A DNA stretch of 63,967 nt, filler included, from Reclinomonas americana ATCC 50394 (GCA_048213135.1; 7 parts of 4 records of this genome joined end to end with filler, not necessarily neighbours in it); one strand, 5' to 3'. Positions 1 to 15,638 are shown, counted from the whole stretch's first letter. Translations and numbers: made by a program. Notes: generated by a model from the sequence alone, not told the origin.

Positions 1-21
1 AAGACACAACTAGCAACACAC

Positions 22-64
<43 letters not shown>

Positions 65-117
65 ATGCAAAGCGGAACGAACAACACTGCTCTGCAGTCT
101 TTCTGAGTTGCCGCAGC

Positions 118-486
118 TCAACCACTCGATGCAACGCACTTCTTCTTCTTCTTCTCCTCCTCCCCCTCACCCACCGGAAAGCACTTGACCCACGCCTCAT
201 ACGCCGCCTCCACATTCGTCTCGCCAGGCGCCCACGTGCCAGCATAGTACTGCATCACCACCTGCCTGCGGAATCCCAAGTCCAGCGCCTCATACGCCTC
301 CTGCAACGAGTGCGGCAGACTCTCGACCGCACCCGGCGCAGAGAGGAACTTGTCGAACTGGCAGAACGCCTCCTCCAAGTACACAGGGTCCACAGTGTGC
401 GATCGATTGTGTGAGAAGGGCTCCGCGTTGTGCAGCGAAGCGTTGAGAAGGATGGGGAGAGCGCGGAGGCGGGTGGATGGAGGTGG
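118..486 (-). CDS. 3' terminal exon of an unknown protein
   Basis: Open frame PPPSTRLRALPILL...AYEAWVKCFPVGEGEEEKKKKKCVASSG* preceded by a pyrimidine tract and CAG acceptor (ctctctcacacag); upstream exons not identified. Confidence 0.45.
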   Translation of the reverse strand, partial: PPPSTRLRALPILLNASLHNAEPFSHNRSHTVDPVYLEEAFCQFDKFLSAPGAVESLPHSLQEAYEALDLGFRRQVVMQYYAGTWAPGETNVEAAYEAWVKCFPVGEGEEEKKKKKCVASSG

Positions 487-573
487 CTGTGTGAGAGAGG
501 AGAAGGAAAGGAGTGTGAGAGAGAGTGTCTTTGCGTCATTCACATTCGTCTGTCTTCCTCTCTCCCTCTTCTC

Positions 574-660
<87 letters not shown>

Positions 661-729
661 GNNNNNNNNNNNNNNNNNNNNNNNNNNNNNNNNNNNNNNN
701 NNNNNNNNNNNACCGTGCAAGCGAAAGCA

Positions 730-1075
730 CTGGAGTGAAAGAGATTCAGAAAACAAGACCGAGTGCATGCGTGTGAGAGAGAGCAACAACGGCGACCAGA
801 AGAGCGTGTGCCGCAGCACAGTCTTGTGCACACGCGTGTGAAAGTGATCATGGAGGTCCACGGCGAGAAGTGCGGGTGGAGGCGGATGAAACTGGAGTGA
901 ACAAGATTCAGAAAACAAGACCGTGTGTGAAAGAGAATGACAACGACGACCAGAAGAGCGTGCACCGCAGCGCAGTGTTGTGCACACGCGTATGAAAGTG
1001 ATCATGGAGGCCCACGGCGAGCAGTGCAAGTGCAAGCGGACGAAACCAAATATTCAGAAACCAAGACCTGAGAGA
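730..1075. repeat. Degenerate tandem repeat, about 160 bp unit, 2+ copies
   Basis: ctggagtga..agattcagaaaacaagacc...gaccagaagagcgtg...ttgtgcacacgcgt.tgaaagtgatcatggagg recurs at about 730 and 892, with a partial third copy at about 1052. Confidence 0.8.
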
Positions 1076-1263
1076 GAATGGATTGACAGAACGGCACGAA
1101 AGGGCAGGATGAACGTGAGCGATTGTGTGCATACAACAGCCGAAAAAAGCCGGCGGGCGTTGAGCGAGAAAGCAGATATATATGGTGCAAGACAGCTTGC
1201 CTTTCTCTTTCTGAGTTGCTGCACCTCTCCCAACTCACTTACAAAGCACAACTTGCAACACAC

Positions 1264-1298
<35 letters not shown>

Positions 1299-1609
1299 NN
1301 NNNNNNNNNNNNNNNNNNNNNNNNNNNNNNNNNNNNNNNNNNNNNNNNNNNNNNNNNNNNNNNNNNNNNNNNNNNNNNNNNNNNNNNNNNNNNNNNNNNN
1401 NNNNNNNNNNNNNNNNNNNNNNNNNNNNNNNNNNNNNNNNNNNNNNNNNNNNNNNNNNNNNNNNNNNNNNNNNNNNNNNNNNNNNNNNNNNNNNNNNNNN
1501 NNNNAGAGAGAGAGAGAGACGGAGGCAACGATTGCATCACCAAAGGCCACATCCATCCATCCACTGACGTCCTAATCTACCAGAGGCAGCGAATCCCTTG
1601 ACACACGTC

Positions 1610-4008
<2,399 letters not shown>

Positions 4009-4643
4009 TGTGAGGCTATTGTGGCATCGATGTGGGGTGGGACACGCGCTTGTCCTCGCGCGACAACTCCGCTTGCCCGGTGGTTTCTGCTCGAGTTCCG
4101 GCTGCGGACCATCATGGCCAGCCTGCGTACAGTGTCGCCTGGTGATCTGCGTTCGCGTGCAGGTTGTGCAGCAGCGAAGAGATCGAAAACCGTGTCCGAC
4201 GTCGCAGAACGACAGCAAAAAGCAGCTGCGCCGGCCAGCCTAACCCGTCAAAGAGTAGCGTAATAGCGCGGAAGTTGCTGATCCTAGCTGCACGGCCTCT
4301 CCTTGCGTCCGCGTCGGAGAAACTGAGCTCGACGTCGCGATTTCGTCGTCGTCGAGCTCGGGGCCAAGGCCAGGCACAATTCGACAAAAAGAAGCAACAG
4401 CAAGGTTCTCTCATAAAAAGCCCTCTGTACTGCAGCCACTGCGTCCCGGAAATCGCTCCACTGGCCCTGCAATGCACGCGGTATCACAACTTCGCAACCT
4501 TCCGATCCTCCGCAACACGCGCAACACCTCACATAACAATCCCAGCGAACACGTACAGCCGCACCAGAAGCGCGAAACCCCCTCCACACGCAACCTGTCC
4601 TGACGCCTGTTTTCCCGCCAATCACGACTGCTGCACGCCCCTC

Positions 4644-7547
4644 ATGAGCGCACCTCCCATCACCTTTGTGAGCAGCGCCGACCGCACTCACACCTCCACA
4701 TGCTTTGACGCGATTCTCGAAGGCGTGCCCAGTGATGGCGGTCTGTGGATGCCCTCACACATTCCGCGTCTGTTTGGCGCCGACGAAGGCTGCATTGCGC
4801 TCTCTGAGCTCCCGCGCTTGAGCATGGGAGACATTGGAGCGCACATTCTGCGGCCGTTCTTGGCCGAGGAGTTGCCGCGCAAGGAGCAAGTGGAGCAGTT
4901 GGCGCGCGATGCACTCAATTTCGATGCACCGCTCGTGTCGGTGATGGGAGACTACGCGCGAGTGTTGGAGCTGTTCCGCGGGCCTACGGAGGCGTTTAAG
5001 GATTTTGGCGCGCGTACCATGTCGCGGGTGTTTGCTGCGCTGTTGGAGAAGCGCGGGGAGCTGGGCAGGCGGCGAGTTGAGTGTGCGAGGAGAGATGGGA
5101 GGGAGAGGGAGGGAGAGAGAGAGAGAGAGCGAGAGAGAGAGAGAGAGAGAGACGGAGACACAGAGCAAGAGAAGGGACAAGAGACATGCCACGACAGGGA
5201 TCCATGCAGGGAGGAACGTGAGCATCAGAGAGCATTAGAGAGAAACAACATGTCGTGTCGTTTGTTGGAGAAGTACGTAGCGTCTTTAGTGTGAGGACTG
5301 AGTGTGCAGGCGGCGAGAGAACAAAGACAACTCGACAGGGATTGAGTCAGGGAGGTAGGTGAGCGTGAACAATACCTTTGACGAAGGAACCATGTCGTTT
5401 GTGTTTGCCGCCTTAGAGACGTGTGAGGATTGAGTGTACAGGAGGCGAGAGAACAAGAGAGACATGTTGCGACAGGGATCGAGTCAGTGAAGGAACGTGA
5501 GCATAGGAGAGTATAAGAGAGAAACAACATGGCCCTCGTTCATGTTTGCCTGTTGGAGAAGCACGAGGCGTCTTTCGTGTGAGGATTGAGTGTGCTGCCA
5601 GCGAGGGAGAGACACGCAATGACAGGGATCGAGACAGTGAAGAAACGTGATGATGATGAAGCATGAGGCATGTCATTTGTGTTTGCCCCCTTCTTGGAGA
5701 AGCGTCGTATGAGGATTGAGTGTGCGGCCAGCGAGGGAGAGACACGCAATGGTCAGAATGAGAAAGAGAGCCAGATTTGATTCCATGGCTTCCTCGCCTC
5801 TCCTCACGCTTTGCCTCTCCTCACCCTTTGCCTTTCATGCAGGTGGTGGTGGCCACCTCTGGCGACACTGGCGGTGCCGTGGCGGCGGCGTTTGCTGGCA
5901 CTGGCGTGCCTGTGACTGTGCTGTATCCACGCAACCGCGTGTCACCCTACCAGGAGGCGCAGATTGCCGCACACGGTGGCTGCGTCACGGCCTTGGAGGT
6001 GGATGGGTCCTTTGACGACTGCCAGACACTGGCCAAGCAGGTGTGTGTGTATGTATGTGTGCACAATGCACGGGGAAGAGTTGCTGACGGCCAGCGATCA
6101 GGCGCTGTCGGATCCAGAACTGCGCGGCACGGTGTGCTCGGCCAACTCGATCAACATTGCGCGTCTGCTCCCGCAGACCGTGTACTATGTGTGGGCGTAC
6201 GCGCGTCTGCTGGAGAGTGGCGCCGTGGTGCCGGGCGATGGCAAGAAAGTTGTCTTTTGCGTGCCGTCAGGTGCGCGTTCTCAACATCAACACCAACAAC
6301 TTGCATATCTCCCCTGCTCCTTCTCACCCTTTCCCCATATCCCGCTCAGGCAACCTCGGCAACGCCACCGCCGGCCTGCTGGCCATCTTTATGGGCCTTC
6401 CCATCGACCGCCTGGTGATTGCCACCAACGAGAACGACACGTTCCCCAAGTTTATGGAGACGGGCGAGTACAAGGCGGTGCCGTCGACGCCGACAGCGTC
6501 GTCGGCCATGGATGTGGGCGATCCGAGCAACTTCCGCCGCGTGTGGGCGCTCTTCGACCGCGATATGCAGGCGCTGCGTGAGCGTGTGCAGTCGATTGCG
6601 ATTCCCGAGGATGAGGTGCGGAGTATTCTTTTCACGCCTCCTGCCATCCTGCACGCAGCTCATTGTCCGTGCAGGCTGCCGACAGTATGCGCCGCGTGTA
6701 CGCCGAGGGAGACTATTTGATGGATCCGCACACGGCTGTGGGGTACCGAGCGTTGGAGCGTCTGTACCCGGCGTCGGCCGACGATGCGCACAACATTGTG
6801 CGCGTCACGTTGTCCACGGCCAGCCCTCTCAAATTCTCCGAGGTCATCAAGCGCGTGATTCCCGAGTATGAGCCACCAGCATACTCGCCACCGCTGTTGT
6901 ACAAGGCCCGCATTCCCTACAGTCCCTCGGTGTGGAGGTGCGTGTGTGCTTGTGCTTGATGCGCTTCCGTGGTGTTTGCTCACCGGCCTCTCCGCAGCCG
7001 CGTGTTGCGTCCGCATCGTTTTGTGTTGATTGGCATGCCTGGGTCTGGCAAGTCGACGCTGTCGGAGCTGCTGGAGCAACGCGGCTGGAACCCAGTGGAC
7101 ACGGACAAGTTGTTGCCGGCGGGCTACGAGGGCGCCGGTGCCGATTTCCTCGAAATGGAGGGACGCGTGCTGCTTGAGTGGGCGCAAAATGGTGTGTGTC
7201 TCTCGATCACAGTGAGTTGTGTTCATGAACCTCCGTACTCACCCCTCGGAGCAGACGGCGCATCGCTGCCGCAAAAGTCCGTCATCGCCACCGGCGGCTC
7301 GGTGGTCTACAACGAACCGCTGATGGCTGCGCTGCGCGAGCTCGGTGTGCTGGTGTACACGTGGGTCCCCTTCATTCGGCTCACCATGGAGCAGGCGATT
7401 GCACGGCGCGTCGCTTTCAACGCCAAGGGCGGTTTTGAGGCGCTGTACGAGGAGCGTGCGCCGCTGTACGAGAAGTGGGCGGAGGTGACGGTCGACTGCT
7501 TCAACGCGTCGCCGGAGCAGTGCGCCGAGGTGCTCGCCAACTTGTGA
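4644..7547 (+). CDS. thrC: Threonine synthase with C-terminal shikimate-kinase-family kinase domain (single spliced ORF)
   Basis: Motifs PSDGGLWMP, ELFRGPTEAFKDFG (PLP lysine), ATSGDTGGAV, SANSINIARLLPQ, VPSGNLGN, ATNEND, SAMDVGDPSNF, DPHTAV. Intron 6938-6998 (gtgcgt...ccgcag) joins in frame to LIGMPGSGKST, DTD, VIATGGSVVY, LYEERAPLYEKWA; stop 7545-7547. Confidence 0.92.
5075..5760. repeat. Degenerate tandem repeats filling threonine synthase intron 1
   Basis: Units such as ttggagaag....gaggattgagtgtgc...gcgag.gaga...gacagggatcgag...gaa.cgtga recur near 5265, 5425, 5553 and 5694. Confidence 0.75.
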
Positions 7548-7706
7548 TCACCACTCGCCACTCCTTCCCTTTCTTTTTATCACAGCAGCACGAGTAGAAC
7601 AGTCTCAACAGTCGTCGCCTTATTTTTTCATTGGTAAAAACGCGACAATCGTAATGTCTATCGACAGACCGCACAAAGGGGGGAGGAAGAGAGAGAATCC
7701 TCATGT

Positions 7707-10700
7707 CTAAGGGATGGCAGTCGCGCCTCCGGCCACATGCGATCCCGAAAGGTTGCGCGAGTGGAAATCAAAGTAGTACAGCAAAATGCACAGCGGTTGA
7801 CCTGCGAGACGCGTGGTGAGCACACGGAACACTGCGATTAACAAAGACAGAGACATACCGAGGAGAATGCTCAGCCAGAAAATAATATTGCCGTGCGGCT
7901 GCGACTTGGTAAACTTGGCGGTGAAGATCACCAGTGGCACCTGCGTGCACACGCACACGTTGATGATGAGACGAGATGGCAGGGGGGATGCGGGCCCGTG
8001 ATACAGTCGACTCACCTGGGCGAGCATGCCCGCAAAGGCCCACAGCTTCAGCGTGCGGAACGGCACCGAGACCATGTACTGCGTGTCGACGAGGCAGTTG
8101 AGTGACAACGACGACGCAACGACGAACGGTGGTGGTCGACACATCGAACTTCACCTCATGGAACGCAGCGGAAATGAAGAAGATGACCAAGCCGAGCACG
8201 ATCTTGTTGACACCACGCTGCGTGCGACACACGAGCCGCGTGAGTCACTTGTAGTCATCGTCATCAATAGCATGCCGACTCACCTTGCGCAGTGGGAAGT
8301 ACATGTGCTTGAGGAACCAGCGGTGCACGGGGATGTTCCTGCGTGGACGTTAGCACATGAAAAGTCAGCAGAGTGGCGGACTCCATCTCTTACCAGTTGC
8401 GCCAAAAGTAATCGATGGAGTGTGCATTCCACTGAGCACAACAGGAGGGTGAGTAACAAGACGTCTTCTGCCTCACTAACGAGCGGATACGCACCCAGTC
8501 GCGATAGAATTCACGATCGGCAAAGCGCAAAAGCTCCGCCAGAATGTTCAGCCACACGTGGAAGAACGCGTAGAATCCGAGCAGCCATGTGTACAGATTG
8601 GGCACCTGCCGATAAAAGATGTGTGAGTGAGGGGAAGGAAGCTGCGCTGATGACGACAAGCGCACAGACCGCCAGTTTAAGCGTGCGCTCAATCATGCCA
8701 GCACGGTCGCCCTCCGAGAACGGAATCAGGGCGTTACGCAGCAGCGGCATCTGGGAAGAGGCGACGGGTGAGAAACAGGCTCGCGTGCACACACAGAGGC
8801 ACACGAAAAACAACAAACCGTGTATTGTTCGATTACGATGATCTGCAGTGTGAGCACGAGGCACTGCACATTGCCGCGTTGTTGCGTGTTAGTGGGAGAA
8901 CTTGCACGACGACATTGACTACTTGTGCAGGGACGCACCAGCTCCAGCACACGGCGCAGCAGGAAGAGCTTGCGAATGCTCGGGTTGCGCGGATAGTTCA
9001 ACTCGTAGACCAGCGTCGGCGCCACCAAAAAGTAGGCATAGTCACCGACTCGGATGTTGGCCGGGTACTCCTGGTGATTGCCCGAGTGGAAGTGCGCTGT
9101 GTGGATCGTCAGCCGACAACAACCGAGACGCGACAACATCGGGGGAGCTAGCCAGGGAGACGCAACAGTGGTGTCCGCGCTTCAGCCGTTGGTGCTGATT
9201 CGTCAGGGCGTAGCTCAACAACTGCTCGTGCGTGGTGAGTGAGCGAGAGAGAGAGAGAGCGAATCGGAACGGAGGCAGGTAGGGCACACGTACCTTGAAG
9301 AAGTAAATGCAAATGTACATGATGTTGATGGCAGCGTACAGCGGCGACGGTCGTGTGTGCAGAATCACAAACACGGGCACAATCAGCAGGCCGGCCAGAT
9401 TCAGCGTGTGGCACAGCATGATGAGGACTGTCGCACACAAATGCGTGTTGAGCGTCGGGCAACCTATGTCAAACACAGAAACACACATAAAACAGCGAAC
9501 CTTCATAAGGCAACACGGACGGCTGGCGGCTGGCGGCAGGCGGAGCAGCCGGCGCAGGAATCGGCGAGGCAGTCGGTGCACCTGGGCGCGTGGCATTCGG
9601 CGCGCGATTGCGTCGTCGGAGAGAGGACGAAGTCGGCGGCACCTCGGCCGTGTTTCTGTAGCACAACGAGTGAGTGAGTCGGTGCGCGAATACCCACAGC
9701 GCGCACAGGCCGCAACGTTTCCGTGTCCGTCTCCATGTCGGAGAGTGGCGGCGGCACCGAATCCGACTCGGAAATGTCGGGTTCCTCGGCCACCGAGTCC
9801 GCATCGGCAGCATCCGAGGCCGTCACGACAGCCTTGGCAGCAGCAGCGGCAGCGGTACCCGGGAGCACGTAGATGTTGTTGTGCAACGCCTTGGCCAGCC
9901 ACTCGATGAGGAATGTCACTAGCACGAACACATGCAGCACTACACGAGGGGGAGAAAGAAAGGTGAGGAAGGGGACGGAGAAAGAAAGGAGGGTGGTGCA
10001 CGCAACGCAGAAACAGCTCGACAGACGGCCACCGGTGGGGCTCGTGCAGGAGCTCCGTGACAAAGTTTCCGGGTGACACCAGCACGCCGTACTTTTGGAA
10101 GTTGCGCACAATCTCCTGGAAGTTGGCGATTACCTGGGGGGAGGTAGAGGGGAAGGGAGGGGCGAAGGGTGAGAGAGGGAGGGAGGGAGGCACGCAGAAA
10201 ATCAGTCAACACACACTGAAACACACACACAGCGAGAGAGAGAGAGTGTGTGTGAGAGAGAGAAGACGCAACAAGCACGACAATGCCGAGATTGAGCAGG
10301 CCACGGAAGCTGTGACCCTTGGCCTCGCTGGAGAGTGGCGATGGTCGCGGAATGTGTCGCGTGCGGCTGTCGGCGAATTGCGTTGTTCTGTGTAGGCGGG
10401 GAGAGGGGGGGCGGAGAGTGAGTGGGGAGGAAGGGAGAGGAGAGAGAGAAGAGGGAGTGAAGGGAGAGGAGGGAGAGGAGAGAGGAGAAAGACAAGATGA
10501 AGGAATACGGAGAATCACAACTCTCGCAGAGAGAAGAGGAAGATGAAGAGAGAGGTCTGCAAGCAAGGTGCAGAAACACCAATCGCAACCGCTGTTCAGC
10601 AACACACTCTCACACAGAGTGCGTAAGTGAGAGAAAGTGCTACAGAATACAGAATGAGTTAACTCTGCGAGTCACAGAGTTATCAATCTGTGCATCACTA

Positions 10701-11046
10701 ACATAGAGAGATAGAGAGAGAGTGAGAGATAGAGAGAGAAGGTTAGAAGCACTTATAGGAATACAAAGGTCAGCGCTTGTGTTAGTCTCTCCTCTCTCTC
10801 TCTCTCTCTTGTGCACGCAACAAGTGTTTGGAACCTCAGCAACTCACAGAAAGAGAACAGAAGCAGTGACAAGTGTGCAACTCACTGACATGCAAGAGAG
10901 ACACAGAAGAAGGTGAGCAACTCACTAACACTACACAAGTGAGAGAGAGAGAGAGCAAGAATAGAGTTGCAACTCAAATTCGTCAATGCACACATGCACA
11001 CTCTCTCCACACACAAACTCTCTCTCTCTCACACACACACACTCAC

Positions 11047-11087
<41 letters not shown>

Positions 11088-11216
11088 CTCTCACCTCGAC
11101 ACCTCATCATCCTGTCGCACTCGCGGCACTGCAGCAGTCACCGACGGAGTCGACATCGACGCCGATCCAACAGAAGCTGAGAGAGCAGCTGCGTTGTTGC
11201 CACCTCGACTTGTCAT
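7707..11216 (-). CDS. DGAT1: Diacylglycerol O-acyltransferase 1 (MBOAT family), multi-exon
   Basis: Exons encode [114 protein letters not shown]. Start exon [11 protein letters not shown].. at 11216 is tentative. Confidence 0.92.
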
Positions 11217-11374
11217 TGCTCTCTTGAACAGAGAGAAAATACAGTGATCGGAGATGGGTTTTGGTTTCATCTCCGCGTGCAGGACGTCCGCGGAACTTCC
11301 TCCCATGAGCGGTTGCTGAGCGCTGAGCGGTGAAAGATGTATGCGAATGTCAGTGCTCTTCTCTGCTGTGGTTA

Positions 11375-11565
11375 CAGAAGTCGGAAGTGCAGAGGAAGTT
11401 GTCTGTGACTTCGAATTCGAAGTTGATCATCAGCGGTCTCAGTTGCAACTGAGCACTGAGCTGTGGGAGGATCATGCAACCATCAACGCTCTTCTCTTGT
11501 TGCAATCGCAGAAGTCGTAAGCGCAGAGGAAGTTGACTGCGACTTCGTGTCGCGTCGAAGTTGAG
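11375..11565. repeat. Imperfect direct repeat (about 135 bp period) upstream of DGAT1
   Basis: cagaagtcg.aag.gcagaggaagttg.ctg.gacttcg....cgaagttga at about 11375 and 11509. Confidence 0.65.
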
Positions 11566-11773
11566 CCCAGTCGCTGAGCACGAAGCTTCAGCCTTTCGTG
11601 GCTTCGTAGTTGACTGATCTCACCGGTACCTCGACATGTTTCCTACAACCTCTGAACCTTGCTCTCCGTCACACTCCCCACAGTTTTCCTTTTCTTTTCA
11701 CTGTTGCTTTCCACTGTTTTTCTTCTCCCTTACCACAGCGCTCACCAATATCCTCATCTCTTGTTTGCCGCAC

Positions 11774-14700
11774 TCAATCGCCAACCAGCGTATCGGAATT
11801 GGTCTCGCGACGGTGGAAGCGCGGCGGCGACGAGTTGCTGCTGCCACTCTCGGCGTCGTCGTCGCGGCCACCGGCTGCGGCTTGCATCATCTGACGGCGC
11901 TTCTCCAGGTTCCCCATGCGCACCTTTTCTCTCTGCGACACGCACCAGAATCAGCACAAACTCGACACAAACAAACAACCACCATCCCTACAAACCCGTG
12001 CCGCCAACGCCGCCGCCTTCTTCTTGCGCTGCTCCTCCAGCTCGGGATCGCCCGGAGCAGCGGGTGTGGGCGGAATCAGTTGCAACGGCGGAGCTGAGGC
12101 GGCGAGGCTCTCGCTCAGTTCGTCAACGGAGCGTGGGCTCTCGTCGACCGCCACCTTCAAGTCAATGTTGCGCGGCGAGGCCTGGATGGGCGACAGTGGT
12201 GGCGGCGCCAGCGAGCGCTCCACCGACTCGTCCTCCTCCACCGGCTTCTCCTCAAATCGCGACGCCGCCACCGCCGCCGACACGGGCTCGTCTGCCCACT
12301 GCGGCTGGCGCGGAGGTGGCTTGATCACGGCTGCGTCGTCGTCGTCGTCGTCGTAGTCGGCATCGCCGCGACCCACTTCGGGGGCCGATGAGCGCACTTG
12401 TGCCCGAGCGTCCTCGGCGGCGGCTCGTGCAGTCGCGTGCGTGCGCATGGCAGCTGCGCGAGCCTTCATGCGCTCCTTGGCCAGCTCCTGTTGGTGACGC
12501 AGCGCTTCGGACTTGAACGGCACCGGATCGTCGATGCTGACGGCGGTGACCTCGGAGATGGTGACCGAGTCGGCGGAATTCGAGTTGCGGAACGGCTTCA
12601 CCAGGTCCGTGTCGGCATCGTCAAAGGCGTGACGCAGCGGTCGCGCTGGCGGCTGCTCGTCGACAAACGCCAACCGAACCGGCGGCACAGGCGCCGGCGG
12701 TGAACCGGCATCGTCCACTGGTGAATCCAGGTACGCCGAGCCCGTGGACGACTTTGGGGCCACCACGCTGACAACGGCTGGCGCGAGGGCACTCTGTGGC
12801 ATGGGCGGCGATCCAGCGTCGTGCTCCGGCACTGGCAAGTAGGCTGGTGGGCCGGCCGCCGAACGCGGGCCACTCGGCGGCACCACGACAGTGGTGGCAC
12901 CACCCGACAGGAAGGTGCCGCCGTTGAGTGTCGTCTGTGGTGTCTTGTACAGCGCGGCCGAGGCTGGCGGACTGTTGCCCGGGGTGACGCCGCCAGCGAT
13001 CGTCGGCGAGCGATCTGCGTCGAATGTCACGGCCGACACGCGGTCACCGCGGCCGGGGCTGTCGCGGGTCACGGCGGAATCGAACGGTGGCTGCCGACTG
13101 GTGGGCGACGAGGGCGACGGAGGGAACGGTCGAGCATTTCCGGTGGGTGACGATGGGCTGCGACCGCCACCAAATGGCGAGCGGGCAAACGGCGACGGCT
13201 GGTTGGGCGGGAAGTAAATGTTCCACACTTCACGCGCGCGCTTGGTGAACTCCGGGAACATGCCGTCGTCCAAGCCGCCCTCCTTGGTGTTCGGCTCGAT
13301 GCACGCCCACAGGGAGTGCGCGAGTCCACTCTCCGTGATGCGGTGGAAGTGCTCGGCGTGCACTGCGGCATCAACTCGTGAGCAATTCGCGATGGGAAGT
13401 CAACAAACCAAGACAGTCGTTGACGCAACAGTGCTCGTACACGAATGCCTCGAGCAACTCGAGACAGGCGGTCATGGAGGATGGGGCGGCAGTCGGCCGG
13501 TACGGTGGATAGCGCGCCGTGAACTGACGCATGTCGGTGAGGTAGTCGGCCACGAGGTGGATACCCTCGCAAGTACCGAAAAACTTGTGCTCGTTCTCTG
13601 CGCGTCACGTGAGTCGCAAATGGGGGGAGTGACGGGGTTGTCACTGTTGCACGCAACTGACAATGTTGCAGAGGCTCTGTGCAATGCTGGTGACCAGTGC
13701 GTCGAACTTGGCCGGATGGTGCGCCATGCTGGCGCCGGGTTGCCACGCATCGCGCCACGCCTGCAACAGCATGCGCACCGTGCGCGGGGAGCGGAAGTGT
13801 GTGGCCAGTGCAGTGTTTTCCGGTTTGGCTGTGCGCGTGTGCGTGAGTGCCGAGGCACGTGGAATCGAGAGAAACAATATGGCTGCGTACCAAGCAGAGA
13901 AATGTGACCCACGGCCTCTTGCGAGAACATGGCCAGGCCAAAGTGGCCGGCGTTGCTCGGCACGGCAAGCGTGGAGAGAACGGGAAGGCCGCCCTTGTCG
14001 CACACCAGCTGGGCGTTGGTGTTATTGTCTGGGAGAGGAGAGGTGAGAAGGAGGGAGGGAGAGAGAGAGAGGAGGGAAGGGTGTCACACTCAAACTCACC
14101 CTCCACGGCGGCGCGCAGCAACAGTGCCGCCGCTTGCACCAGCCACTGCGGGTGCGACGGCGACTCGGAACGGAAGAGGCGCGACAACGCCACGCGGTGC
14201 AAGTGATGCGGCAGCTTCCTGGCGTGCACAGATTCGGTGCACTCGGGCTCGTCAACAACCGCCTTTTGATGGTTGCGACCGTAGAATTTCTGGTGCGCGG
14301 AGTTGAGGGCGCGCGAGTCAGCCGACTGCGCGACAATGAAGGACTTGCTGGAGCCTTCGGGAATCGAGCCGGCCAGCCGCCGCGGGTCCTCTGGCTCGGT
14401 CAGCTCGCGGCGACGACTGCGGGGAGGAGGCCATGCTGTCAGGCAGGCGTGGGGGAAATGGAAGAAGAAGAGGTCACATACGCAACGCTGACTCAAAGGC
14501 GTGCGAGGCGAAGAGCTGTTGGAGGCACCAGTCAATGCCGCCAATCGAGCGGAAAATGTTCTGGTTGTTGGTGCCGGGGCGCGGGGCTGTGTGGCACAGG
14601 GCGAGAATGGGGGTGTGTGAGAGGGCACACTCGCTCTCAACGACATCTCTCCTTACCCGTCATCGCCAAGAACAGCACGGCCACCGACAGACTGCGCTTC

Positions 14701-15224
14701 TCTTGCGACTCGAACCCGTGTTCACCGTTGATGTGGCTGAACAGAATGGGGAACAATCCGTGCTGGCCGACAGCCGCTTGCGCGTGTTCCGCTGCACCAC
14801 AGTCAGAGGCAAACAATGAAGGGAGAAGACGGCGGGCGTTGCACGCACCAGTGCTGGCGCGATGCAGAAGGAACTGGTACGTGAGCAGCGCCTCCACGTA
14901 CGCCACCGGATGCTTCAGCTTCTTGACCACGCCCGACAGAGTGCGGTAGCCGTTGATGTCGTACATGATGTCGGGCGCCACAGCATTCCGCGCGCGCTCG
15001 GCCGCCACCTCGCGATCCGTCTCCTGCTCCGCCAGCTCTGCAGGGCGAGGTAGAATATGAGTATGCGCGTGGTAGAGAGAATGAGCATGAGAGAGGGGCA
15101 CGCAACGCTGCAAGTTCTGCTGATGCCAACTGCGCTCGTACTCGCGCAGACACTGCCGCAGCACGCTGAGCTTGACCGACACCTTTTTCGGCGTCTCCGC
15201 GTCCGATCGACCCCAAAATCCCAT
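11774..15224 (-). CDS. Unknown multi-exon protein: helical N-terminal region, long Pro/Ser/Ala-rich C-terminal region
   Basis: Starts MGFWGRSDAETPKKV; successive exons with GT-AG introns; large exon about 11998-13365; last exon EKVRMGNLEKRRQ...LVGD*. No family recognised. Confidence 0.65.
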
Positions 15225-15513
15225 GCATCGCTGCGCGCAACAGAGAGACGAAAGAAAGAAAATCGGAATTCCCGTGAGCGACTGAATGACAAATGAGAAA
15301 GAAAGAGAGAGGAAAGGAAGGAAAATGCCAAAATAATGCGCGTGACCTCGCGGCTCTCGAATCACACATGTTTGTGGTGAAATTAATGTGCGGCATCATT
15401 GTGCGAGTGTGTGTGTGTGAGTGTGTGTGTGTTGTGTGTGTGTGTGTGTGTGTGTGAGTGTGTGAGAGAGAGAGTGAATGTGCGTTCTCATCAGTGAGTG
15501 AATGTGTGACAGA

Positions 15514-15567
<54 letters not shown>

Positions 15568-15638
15568 TAGTAGAGAGAGAGACGACGACGACTANNNNNN
15601 NNNNNNNNNNNNNNNNNNNNNNNNNNNNNNNNNNNNNN

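Noticed and set aside
5075..5760. CRISPR-like array in repeat-rich introns
   Set aside because: Units are long, degenerate and lack identical short repeats with unique spacers; no cas genes; eukaryotic context.
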